This document shows positions 7,202-14,741 of a stretch of 24,000 nt of DNA, in pieces; within the stretch, counting starts at the first letter, position 1, and every line of letters begins with the position of its first letter. The DNA lies in assembly GCF_042649405.1 (NCBI RefSeq), contig NZ_JBHRZC010000004.1, positions 103,127-127,126 of the forward strand, written 5' to 3'. Origin of the DNA: Lysobacter sp. GCM10012299. GTDB lineage: Bacteria; Pseudomonadota; Gammaproteobacteria; Xanthomonadales; Xanthomonadaceae. The notes beneath the pieces were generated by a model. That model ran no database searches, was not told the DNA's origin, and saw nothing but the letters and a program-made list of their open reading frames with translations. The translations under genes and the position numbers were made by a program.

Positions 7202-9773
7202 TGAACCCCGTGCGCCGCGCCACCGCCGCGGCCTCGCTGCGCGACCGCACGTCGAGTTTGCGCAGGATCGCCGAGATGTGGTGGTCGACGGTCTTTTCCG
7301 ACCTCACCAGCCGTCGCGCGATGTCGGCATTGCTCAAGCCATCGGCGAGCAGCTCGAGGATCTGCATCTCGCGCGGGGTCAGTCCTGCCGGGTTGGCGCT
7401 GGTGGCCGCGCGCGGCCCGCGAGCGAGCCCGCGCACGCCCGCTTCGCGCAGGTGGTCGCGACAGCGTTTGACGACTGCGTTCGCGCCCAACCCATCGAGC
7501 AGCGACAACGCCTCGCGCTTCGCGCTCTCGTCGCCTTCGAGCAGCGCCAGCGCCTGTTCGTAGCCGCAACCCAGGCGTGCCCATTCCGCGGCGGCGTCCC
7601 GCCAATGGCCGCCGATCTGCAGCGCGTAGGGCGGCTCCGTGCCTTCGGGCCCGCCTTCACCGACGCCCAGGCGCAGGCACCAGTAGCGCAACTCGCCCAG
7701 CGAGCGCGTGTCCTTGCGTTGCTCGGCCATGGCATGGGCCTGCGCCACCAGCGGATCGACGCCGGCGCTGCCATTGCGCAGCCAGGCCTCTTCGGCGTGC
7801 GCGGCGGCGACCGGCGCCAGCCGCTGCAATTCGGCGGACTGCCGCGACAGCACGGTCGCCTCGTCCAGCAGTTCGCGCGCACCGGGATCGCCCCGACGCT
7901 GGCGCAACCGGGCCAGCACCACCAGCGCGCAGATGCGCGTGACCGGTGCCACGCCCTGCGCCGTGACCAGGCGCAGTGCTTCGTTCGCCGCCGCGTCCCA
8001 GTTGCCCGTCTCGAAATCGAGCCGCGCCTGCCAGGCGCGAATGTAGTTGGTCCACGAGTCCAGGTCGCGCGCGGCGAAGTAGCCGGCGGAGGCCTCGATG
8101 TGGCGCACCGCCTGTGCGTAATCGCGCAGCTTGACCGCAGTGCTGACCAGGTTCACGTAGCCACGCGCGACGTGCTCTTCATAGTCATTGGCAAGGGATA
8201 TCCGCAGGCTCTCCTCGATCATCGCCTTGCCTTCATCGTCGCCTTCGGCATAGCGCGCGGTGCCGACGTTGTTGAGGGCATGCGCCAGCACCTCGTTGCT
8301 GCCGATCCGCGTCGCCAGCTCGATGGCACGCGTGCCCCACTCCACCGACTCGTCGGTGTGCCCGGACAGCATGTACAGCTGAGAACGATTGCTCAGGGCC
8401 CAGGCGTAGGCCTCGTCGTCGGGGAAATCGCGAAGCAGCTGCACGGCCTGGTCCGCATATTCCTCGGCCTGCAGCCGGCGGCCGCCAAACCAGTTCAGGC
8501 GCGACAACCAGCGCAGTGCCCGTCCCTCGCGGCGCAGGTCGCCGAGCTGTCGCCAGATCGCCAGTGCTTCCAGCCGCCTGGCAATGGCATCGTCGTTCTG
8601 CTCGACCAGGTAGCACTGGAACGACAGGTCCTCCAGCAGCTCGGCGCGTGCGGCCGGCGCCAGCGCGTCGGCATGGGCCAGCGCGGCGCCGTACAGCGTG
8701 GCGGCCTCGCAATGGGCGCCGTGGTTGGCCGCCTCATTGCCGGCCTGCAGCGCGTACTTCAGCACGGCCTCCGTGTCTCCGGCGCCGGAGGCATGGTGGA
8801 CCAGGCGTGACATCGCCACGGCGCGACCGCGTTGTTCGAGGAATGCCAGCACCCTGGCGTGGAGGGCCGCGGCCAACGGCGCCGACAGGGCCTGCTCCAC
8901 CGCGATCCGCGCCAGTTCGTGGCGGAATGCATACGCATTGCCTTCCGCGACCAACAAACCCGATGCCAGCGCTGCCGCCACGTCTGCAGGTGCGGGCGAC
9001 AGCACCGCATCGACGATATCGACCTCGATGCGCGCGGGCACGATCGCCACCAGGTCGAGCAGCGCGCGCACTTCCGGCGTTTGTCGTGCCGCCCGCGCAA
9101 GCACGGCATCACGCACGGACACTGGCAGGCCCTCGGCACGAAGCGCCTCGGTGACGAAGAACGGGTTGCCACCGGTCGTCGCGTAGATGCCCTCGGCGGA
9201 ATGACTCGACTGGCGCGCCAGCTCCGCCACACCGGCCTCCGACAGCGGCATCAGCGGCACGCGCACCACCGCGTCGGCAGGCAGGTCGCCGAGCACCAGT
9301 TGCAACGGATGGCGGTCGCCGAGTTCGTCGTCGCGGTAGGTCAGCACCAGCAGCGCGCGCACGCGCTGGATGCGACGGGCCAGGAACTTGACCAGGTCCA
9401 ATGTCGCCGCATCCGCCCAGTGCAGATCCTCGAGGACGACGATGGTGGGATCACTGGCTTGCTGCAGTTCCGACAGGAAGCAGCTGAACAACTCGGTGCG
9501 ATGACCTTCCAGGCCCAGCAGCGCCTGCAGTTTCGCACCCATCGCGCTGGCCATGTCGTACAGCGGCCCCAGCGGTCGCGGCGAGAACAACGCCTCGCAA
9601 CCGCCCCACAACACGCGGCCTGCGCCGTGCCCGGCGACCAGCTTCGTCAGCAGCGAAGTCTTTCCGATGCCGGCTTCGCCGCACACCAGGGCCGTGCGTC
9701 CGGCACCCTGCCCTGCGACATCCAGTGCGCCCTGCAACAGGCTCAGGGCATTGCCTCGTTCAATCAGCTCCAC
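7191..9773 (-). CDS. large ATP-binding LuxR-family regulator (LAL/MalT-like: AAA NTPase + TPR-like + C-terminal HTH)
   Basis: Walker A GEAGIGKTS and Walker B-like IVVLEDLHWAD. Long helical-repeat middle region. C-terminal LuxR HTH: LTPREMQILELLADGLSNADIARRLVRSEKTVDHHISAILRKLDV. GTG start with GGAG upstream. Confidence 0.9.
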   Translation of the reverse strand: MELIERGNALSLLQGALDVAGQGAGRTALVCGEAGIGKTSLLTKLVAGHGAGRVLWGGCEALFSPRPLGPLYDMASAMGAKLQALLGLEGHRTELFSCFLSELQQASDPTIVVLEDLHWADAATLDLVKFLARRIQRVRALLVLTYRDDELGDRHPLQLVLGDLPADAVVRVPLMPLSEAGVAELARQSSHSAEGIYATTGGNPFFVTEALRAEGLPVSVRDAVLARAARQTPEVRALLDLVAIVPARIEVDIVDAVLSPAPADVAAALASGLLVAEGNAYAFRHELARIAVEQALSAPLAAALHARVLAFLEQRGRAVAMSRLVHHASGAGDTEAVLKYALQAGNEAANHGAHCEAATLYGAALAHADALAPAARAELLEDLSFQCYLVEQNDDAIARRLEALAIWRQLGDLRREGRALRWLSRLNWFGGRRLQAEEYADQAVQLLRDFPDDEAYAWALSNRSQLYMLSGHTDESVEWGTRAIELATRIGSNEVLAHALNNVGTARYAEGDDEGKAMIEESLRISLANDYEEHVARGYVNLVSTAVKLRDYAQAVRHIEASAGYFAARDLDSWTNYIRAWQARLDFETGNWDAAANEALRLVTAQGVAPVTRICALVVLARLRQRRGDPGARELLDEATVLSRQSAELQRLAPVAAAHAEEAWLRNGSAGVDPLVAQAHAMAEQRKDTRSLGELRYWCLRLGVGEGGPEGTEPPYALQIGGHWRDAAAEWARLGCGYEQALALLEGDESAKREALSLLDGLGANAVVKRCRDHLREAGVRGLARGPRAATSANPAGLTPREMQILELLADGLSNADIARRLVRSEKTVDHHISAILRKLDVRSRSEAAAVARRTGFITG

Positions 9774-9803
9774 CTTGCCGCTCCGGGGGGAATCGCAGGG
9801 GAA

Positions 9804-9817
9804 ATCTCCAGGGAGAT
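9804..9817. promoter_or_regulatory. inverted repeat ATCTCC-ag-GGAGAT in the leader of the LAL regulator gene
   Basis: Perfect 6-bp arms. It sits inside a longer imperfect hairpin (about 9785-9837, GGGGGAATC...GATTATCCCCC). Confidence 0.2.
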
Positions 9818-9892
9818 CTCGTTCGGATTATCCCCCGATGAAACGCGCTCGGGCAGCGCTGCAGGTCGACGTCACGCGCTTTTGCGGCGCAT

Positions 9893-10165
9893 TCAGAAGT
9901 AGAAGAACGGCGACAGGTCGGAAATCTCGATGATGCTGGCGACCGGCAGTCCATTGCGGCGCGCCGCCTGCCGTATCGCTTCCGGCGACGGCGCGTCGTA
10001 GATGCAGAAGGTCCGGCGCCGGTCGGCGCTCACATAGGAATGCAACCAGTTGACGCCGCTGTCGCCATTGATGCTGGCTATCCGCGCGCAGTCCCTGGCG
10101 CCGTCCCCGCCGGGGGCGATGGCGAGATCGCCTGCGAAGGCGCGTTCGATCAGGTAACGGGGCAT
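9893..10165 (-). CDS. DUF4242 domain protein (SCO4226-like, 90 aa)
   Basis: MPRYLIERAF...VNWLHSYVSADRRRTFCIYDAPSPEAIRQAARRNGLPVASIIEI matches the DUF4242 pattern as I recall it (MP.fMiER..., W..SYV..D....CvY.AP..e.ir.ha...G.Pa..I..V). The ORF-track 5' extension to 10468 is Arg/Pro-rich and overlaps the next gene. Confidence 0.75.
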   Translation of the reverse strand: MPRYLIERAFAGDLAIAPGGDGARDCARIASINGDSGVNWLHSYVSADRRRTFCIYDAPSPEAIRQAARRNGLPVASIIEISDLSPFFYF

Positions 10166-10194
10166 GACCGGTTCCTCGAAGTGGCGCAGCGGGC

Positions 10195-10446
10195 TCAGAC
10201 GAAGCCGAAGCGGTTGGGCATCCAGTTGCTGGTGTAGTGGCGGTCGCTGGCGTAGCCGGAGCTGTTGCCGTAGCCCACGCCGAAATCGCGTTCGCGATGG
10301 ACGTGGTGCACGGGCGCGGCACCCGCCGCGTATTCGGTGTCCTGCCAGTCGTCCATGCTGAACACGATGGAGGATGCGCTCGCGGGGGCGTTCAGTGGTG
10401 CAAACAGGCCAGTGGCGGTGACGAGATCCATCAGGGAAGTAGACAT
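10195..10446 (-). CDS. orphan 83-aa protein, His/Tyr/Gly-rich C-terminal half
   Basis: ATG preceded by GAGGAA at about 7 nt. Strong GC3 bias (ggc/aac/tac/cac/gac/ttc codons). There is a hydrophobic Ala-rich N-terminus (..APLNAPASA) without basic residues, then DDWQDTEY...HHVHRERDFGVGYGNSSGY..RHY. No family recognised. Confidence 0.65.
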   Translation of the reverse strand: MSTSLMDLVTATGLFAPLNAPASASSIVFSMDDWQDTEYAAGAAPVHHVHRERDFGVGYGNSSGYASDRHYTSNWMPNRFGFV

Positions 10447-10679
10447 TGCGGTTTCCTCGGCGATTCACTCAGCCCGCGCTCCGGACTGCGACGCCAGAGT
10501 AGGAAATGTGCGCTTTGGCAACATCGGGAACGCTCCCCAGATTGCGCGCAGGCCCTCCCTATTTTCGACACTCACGCGGCGACGACGGCTCCCATGGCAT
10601 GGATATTGCCGCCGCCGACGTCGCAGCCTGCGAGACCGCTGCACGCCAACCTTCCGGCCGGCCAAAGGGGAGCATTGCC

Positions 10680-10907
10680 ATGACGATCGATACGTTCCAC
10701 GCCTATGACGATGCAGGAAACCGATACGCCATCCATGTGCGGCGTACTTACATCGACACCCGCGGCGCCGATGGGCTCGCCCGCCGTGTCGAAAGCCTGC
10801 GCAGTTACCACCTCAGCGATGGCGGCCCTGTCGAACGGCTCGACGACGACACGTTCGCCATCGTCGATACCGGCATCGGCCTGCGGCTTACGCGTAGCGC
10901 TGCCTAG
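10680..10907 (+). CDS. orphan 75-aa hypothetical protein
   Basis: ATG preceded by AAAGGGGAG. Coding-like codon usage. The ORF-track start at 10506 adds a non-coding-looking extension. No family recognised. Confidence 0.55.
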   Translation: MTIDTFHAYDDAGNRYAIHVRRTYIDTRGADGLARRVESLRSYHLSDGGPVERLDDDTFAIVDTGIGLRLTRSAA

Positions 10908-10917
10908 CCGTTTGTCG

Positions 10918-10958
10918 CCCGGACGCAGCGAAGGGATTGCCGCTTCGCTGCGCCCGGG
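10918..10958. repeat. REP-like GC-rich hairpin between convergent genes (probable bidirectional transcript-end structure)
   Basis: Perfect 10-bp stem CGCAGCGAAG (10924-10933) / CTTCGCTGCG (10943-10952), flanked by CCCGGA / CCCGGG. No T-run. Confidence 0.5.
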
Positions 10959-10983
10959 AAGCCAGGAGTTATGAAGCCAGGAA

Positions 10984-12339
10984 TCATTTCGTCGCTGACG
11001 ACTTCGCCCCGGCCTTGCCGGGAGCGGCAAGGATCTTTCCGTGACCGTACGGCGCGTCGTGGAACGTGCCGGTGCCTATCCAGTCGTTGACCACGCGGAA
11101 GTAGCCATCGGCGTATCGGGTCGACGTGCGTTCGCCATCGGCCGCGGTTTCGAACTCGAGGATGCCGTGATCGGTGTCGGGGAACTCGATCACGCTCACG
11201 GCGCGACCGTCACGGGCCAGTTGCAGCAGGCGTTCGCGTGTTTCCTTCGGCGGCGCTTCGCGGTCCTCGCCGGCCAAGACCCAAAGCAACGGCACGCGCA
11301 GGTTCCGAAGGGTCGGCATGGGATCGAACTCCCAGCTGGTTTCCTGCTCCAGCACCGGCGCCAGCTCGCCTGAGCGTTCGCGGGACAGCGTGACCACCAG
11401 CCCGGTGAACTCACCCTTCATTGCAGGCCACCACGGTTGCGTGGCGTACTTCGCCCGAATGGCATCCAATCGCTCCCAGCCACTTGCGCCGCGCGCGGCG
11501 ACAATCGCACCGGTGACGTCGGTCACTTCGCGCGCTTTCGCCATCACGTCGTCGCCATAACCGGCATTGCGCAGGTCCAACATGACCTGGTCACGGTCTT
11601 CCGCAAGCGGACTGTCGGCCAGGCCAAAACGCACGACGACGAAATCCGGATTGCTCCTGCTCGCCGCCAGCGGCGCCACCCAGCCGCCCTGGCTGCCGCC
11701 GTCGTAGCCAATGCGCTTGACGCGGTCACCGGCGAGGCGCCGCGCTTCCGCCAGCGCGGCGCGCGCGTCGTCGGCCAGCAAATGGAAGTTCTGGGTGTAA
11801 TGGCCCGTCGATTCGCCGGTGCCGCGCTTGTCGTAGACGAACACGCCGATGCCGGACGCCGGATACAGGTACTGCGTGTAGAGGCCCTGCACCGCCGAAT
11901 TGTTTTCAGAGCCGTGCACTTCGATCGCGATCGGAACGGGCTTGGAACCGCGGGGCAGCACCAACCTGCCGCGCAACTTCACGCCGTTGCCGTCGAATGT
12001 GGTCTCGGTGATGTCGAACTGCTGGCGCTGGCCGGCATGGCCGTCGAAGGTGATCTTTCCCTGGTTGCAATCGCCGAAGCGCACCTTCACCCCATCGGCG
12101 CGGCCGGTCCAGCCCAGGCTGCTGTTCCATTGACCGCCATCGCCCTGCTTGAGCAGGCCGCTGCGGCCATCCAGCGCGCGCCAGCGCAGGTCCGAAGGGT
12201 CGCTGGTGGGGGCGATCGCGACGATGCGCCCATCGTCGAGGGTATAGGCGCCGGCATGGCAGCCCACGGCCTCGGGGGCGGCCACTGCGACACCTGTGAA
12301 TCCAAACGAGATCAACAACAACGAGGCGGCTGCCTTCAT
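10984..12339 (-). CDS. secreted alpha/beta hydrolase (S9 prolyl-oligopeptidase / dienelactone-hydrolase-like)
   Basis: Sec signal MKAAASLLLISFGFTGVAVAAP. Nucleophile elbow GYDGGSQGGW (G-x-S-x-G). C-terminal acid/His region EDREAP...FPDTDHGI. The ORF-track extension to 12714 is Arg/Pro-rich and overlaps the 68-aa gene. Confidence 0.85.
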   Translation of the reverse strand: MKAAASLLLISFGFTGVAVAAPEAVGCHAGAYTLDDGRIVAIAPTSDPSDLRWRALDGRSGLLKQGDGGQWNSSLGWTGRADGVKVRFGDCNQGKITFDGHAGQRQQFDITETTFDGNGVKLRGRLVLPRGSKPVPIAIEVHGSENNSAVQGLYTQYLYPASGIGVFVYDKRGTGESTGHYTQNFHLLADDARAALAEARRLAGDRVKRIGYDGGSQGGWVAPLAASRSNPDFVVVRFGLADSPLAEDRDQVMLDLRNAGYGDDVMAKAREVTDVTGAIVAARGASGWERLDAIRAKYATQPWWPAMKGEFTGLVVTLSRERSGELAPVLEQETSWEFDPMPTLRNLRVPLLWVLAGEDREAPPKETRERLLQLARDGRAVSVIEFPDTDHGILEFETAADGERTSTRYADGYFRVVNDWIGTGTFHDAPYGHGKILAAPGKAGAKSSATK

Positions 12340-12464
12340 ATTTGGTCCGGTCGTGGGGCACATGCCTTCTTGGATGCGCGGACGCGTCGCCGGGTTGGTA
12401 TGGCCTTCGCTGATGTTCTGCATGAACCCGACAGGAGGCTGCCGAGGCAAGGCCGGGCTGATGC

Positions 12465-12671
12465 TCAGAGCAGCAGCGTGCCGAAGACCACGCGGGCACG
12501 CTCGTCGTAGATGCGCAGCCACAGGGCCTGGCTCATCGTCTCGGCGCAGCGCTTGGCCTGGGGCAGCACAGCCGCCAGCGCGGCCTCGGCACTGGAATAG
12601 TCGACCGCGGCTTCGGCAATCTGCTGGGCCAGGATGCTGCCATCCTGTCTCGATAGTTCGACTCGGTACAT
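12465..12671 (-). CDS. orphan 68-aa hypothetical protein
   Basis: ATG preceded by GGGAGG at 7 nt. Ala/Glu-rich and soluble-looking. No family recognised. Confidence 0.6.
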   Translation of the reverse strand: MYRVELSRQDGSILAQQIAEAAVDYSSAEAALAAVLPQAKRCAETMSQALWLRIYDERARVVFGTLLL

Positions 12672-12831
12672 GGGTCACCTCCCGACGTTGGGAGCGCGTG
12701 GGTCTGGGCATCAATCGCCGAAGCGCGCGCTTGGGAGTGGGTGGCCGTCCTGCGAACAGGCGGTTCCTGTGTCATGGTCATAGCCTCCACAAACAGTGGT
12801 GCTTCCGCAGTCGGTGGGCATCGCTCTGAGC

Positions 12832-12849
12832 TGTAGGACTTTCCCTACA
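12832..12849. promoter_or_regulatory. perfect inverted repeat TGTAGG-N6-CCTACA (candidate operator)
   Basis: Lies in the 254-nt divergent intergenic region, about 76 nt upstream of the NRDE-family gene ATG. Confidence 0.3.
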
Positions 12850-12925
12850 AACGCTGTCACCGCAGGCTACTCATCCTGATGAATCCGCTTCCCCTGCCCT
12901 TCACCATCGCAAGCGAGCCCCTTGC

Positions 12926-13708
12926 ATGTGCCTGATCGCCATCGCCTGGCAGGCCCACCCCCGTTACCGCCTGGCGCTCATCGCCAACCGCGATGAGGCG
13001 CACGACCGCCCGGCGTCTCCAGCCGGTTTCGATCCCGCCGACGCGACGATCTACGGCGGCCGCGATCTTCGCGCAGGCGGCAGCTGGCTTATGGCCTCCA
13101 CGCGGGGGCGGCTGGCGGCGGTGACCAACGTCCGCGCGGGGCTTGTCGAGGGCGCCATGCCGCGCTCGCGTGGCGCGCTGGTCCACGGCTTCGTGTCGGG
13201 CGAGGACGCCAGTCCGGCATTTCTCGCGGGACTCGCGCCCGACGCGCCTGAATACGGCCGGTTCAACCTTCTGGTCTGGGACGGGGAGGAGCTGGGCTTC
13301 GCCAGCAATTACCCCGCTTTCGAACGGCGTGCAGTGGCGCCGGGCCTGCACGCCATGTCCAACGGCGCCTTCGATGCCCGCTGGCCCAAGAGCGGCCATG
13401 CCGTGGCGGCGCTCGAGGCCTGGCTGCAGTCGTCGCACTCTCAGTCCGTCGACGACGCCGCGCTGGCCCCGCTGTTCGATGCGCTGGCCGATACCAGCCC
13501 GGCACCGGACGCCGACCTGCCCGACACCGGCGTTGGCCTGGAGCTGGAGCGGCGCCTGTCCCCCCCGTTCGTGCGTGGCCCCACCTACGGCACCCGCTGC
13601 AGCAGCGTCGTCCTGGTGGACGCCAACCGCATCACCTTCGTCGAGCAGAGCTATGGCCCGGACGGGGTGACCCGGGGCCGGACCCGGGCGACCTTCGCGG
13701 TCGGTTGA
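12926..13708 (+). CDS. NRDE-family protein (TANGO2 / DUF833 homolog)
   Basis: N-terminal Met-Cys (MCLIAIAW), the eponymous ANRDE motif, GGRD..AGGSW, and AAVTNVR. Confidence 0.85.
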   Translation: MCLIAIAWQAHPRYRLALIANRDEAHDRPASPAGFDPADATIYGGRDLRAGGSWLMASTRGRLAAVTNVRAGLVEGAMPRSRGALVHGFVSGEDASPAFLAGLAPDAPEYGRFNLLVWDGEELGFASNYPAFERRAVAPGLHAMSNGAFDARWPKSGHAVAALEAWLQSSHSQSVDDAALAPLFDALADTSPAPDADLPDTGVGLELERRLSPPFVRGPTYGTRCSSVVLVDANRITFVEQSYGPDGVTRGRTRATFAVG

Positions 13709-13817
13709 CCCGCCCCCGCCAGTGGTGCGGTGGCGGCAACGCTGCGGTGCAGCGGACGTGCTATCGCCATCGCGGCAGCACGCCTAACATAACGGCACTG
13801 CCTCCCGGCCATCCCCC

Positions 13818-14735
13818 ATGGAAACGCTGCTGCACCTGATTGCCGTCTACGGCCTGCTGGTCGTATTCGTCAGCGTGTTCCTGGACCAGGGTGGCATCCC
13901 CGTTCCGGCGTATCCGCCGATCATCCTCACCGCGGCGCTGGCGGTGGACCGCGGCGACAGTGTGTGGCCGATCCTCATCGTGGCGACGCTTGCCGCCGTG
14001 GCGGCCGACTGGTTGTGGTTCATCGGCGGACGCAGGCTTGGCGCGAAACTGCTGCGCCTGATGTGCCGGCTGTCGTTGTCGCCCGATTCGTGCGTGCTGA
14101 TGACGCGCGGCGTGTACGCACGCTGGGGCGCGCCGTCGTTGATCGTGGCCAAGTTCGTTCCCGGGTTTGCCGCGGTGGCGACCACGCTGGCCGGCGAAAC
14201 CGGCACGCGCACCGGGCGCTTCCTGCTCTACGACGGGATCGGCGCCCTGCTCTGGTCCGGCCTGGCGGTCGCGCTGGGCGCGATCTTCCACGAAGCGGTC
14301 AACAGCGTCCTCGAGCAACTGGAAGACCTGGGCCGGTTCGCGCTGCCGGCCATTGCCATCCTCATCCTCGGCTTCGTCCTGTGGAAGCTGTGGCGCCGGC
14401 AGATGTTCCTGCGCCAGTTGCGCATGGCGCGGATCACGCCGATGGAACTGCGCCAGCTGATCGACCAGGGCACTTCGCCGCTGATCCTGGACGTTCGCCC
14501 GGAGACGCTGCGCAATGCCTCCGGCTGGATCCCGGGCGCGGTGTTCGTGCGCACGCTCGGCGAGGCGGCTTTGCTGCCGCGCGATGAAGTCGTGGTGTAT
14601 TGCGACTGCCCCAACGAAGCCTCCGCGGCGGTGTTGGCGCGCGAACTCAACAAGCATGGATTCAAGCGCGTGCGCCCGCTCGCCGGCGGTTTCGAAGGCT
14701 GGCGCAACGAAGGCAACCAGGTCGCGTTCGAGTAG
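13818..14735 (+). CDS. DedA/VTT-family membrane protein fused to a C-terminal rhodanese-homology domain
   Basis: The N-terminal 200 aa are DedA-like (FLDQGGIPVPAYP.., ...RWGAPSLIVAKFVPGFAAV). A TM linker follows, then rhodanese: LILDVRPE...VVVYCDCPNEASAAVLARELNKHGFKRVRPLAGGFEGW. Confidence 0.85.
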   Translation: METLLHLIAVYGLLVVFVSVFLDQGGIPVPAYPPIILTAALAVDRGDSVWPILIVATLAAVAADWLWFIGGRRLGAKLLRLMCRLSLSPDSCVLMTRGVYARWGAPSLIVAKFVPGFAAVATTLAGETGTRTGRFLLYDGIGALLWSGLAVALGAIFHEAVNSVLEQLEDLGRFALPAIAILILGFVLWKLWRRQMFLRQLRMARITPMELRQLIDQGTSPLILDVRPETLRNASGWIPGAVFVRTLGEAALLPRDEVVVYCDCPNEASAAVLARELNKHGFKRVRPLAGGFEGWRNEGNQVAFE

Positions 14736-14741
14736 ACAGGC

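Noticed and set aside
7062-8810. 582-aa ORF antisense to the LAL regulator, plus other long antisense or alternative-frame ORFs (11437..12510, 17684..18826, 18832..9902-type, 20234..21421, 22512..23636)
   Set aside because: They show no recognisable motifs and have low-complexity R/A/G/P composition. They lie opposite or out of frame to genes with strong family signatures and correct GC3 bias.
7191-9773. AAA/TPR STAND-like protein as a possible Avs/anti-phage NLR-type defence gene
   Set aside because: It carries a canonical C-terminal LuxR HTH and no nuclease, protease or TIR-type effector domain. The architecture is the ordinary LAL/MalT transcription-activator type.
10166-10468. 5' extension making the DUF4242 gene a 191-aa ORF
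   Set aside because: The extension is Arg/Pro/His-rich. It overlaps the well-supported 83-aa gene in another frame. The DUF4242 domain starts exactly at the internal ATG (10165).
10515-10540. Sigma-54-like TTGGCAAC motif in the 10447-10679 intergenic region, and a similar TGGCAT at about 1601
   Set aside because: The -12 element (TTGC, with GC 10 nt after GG) is absent at the required spacing in both cases.
12340-12714. 5' extension of the alpha/beta hydrolase ORF to 576 aa
   Set aside because: The extension is R/P-rich and overlaps the 68-aa gene. A canonical Sec signal peptide begins at ATG 12339.
12672-12790. Possible leader ORF starting after GGAGG (about 12777-12783, MTQEPPVRR...), part of the 85-aa ORF 12533..12790
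   Set aside because: It runs into and overlaps the 68-aa gene out of frame. Its downstream part is R/P/S-rich, and its codon bias is poor beyond the first 25 or so codons. I cannot support it without conservation or ribosome-profiling data.
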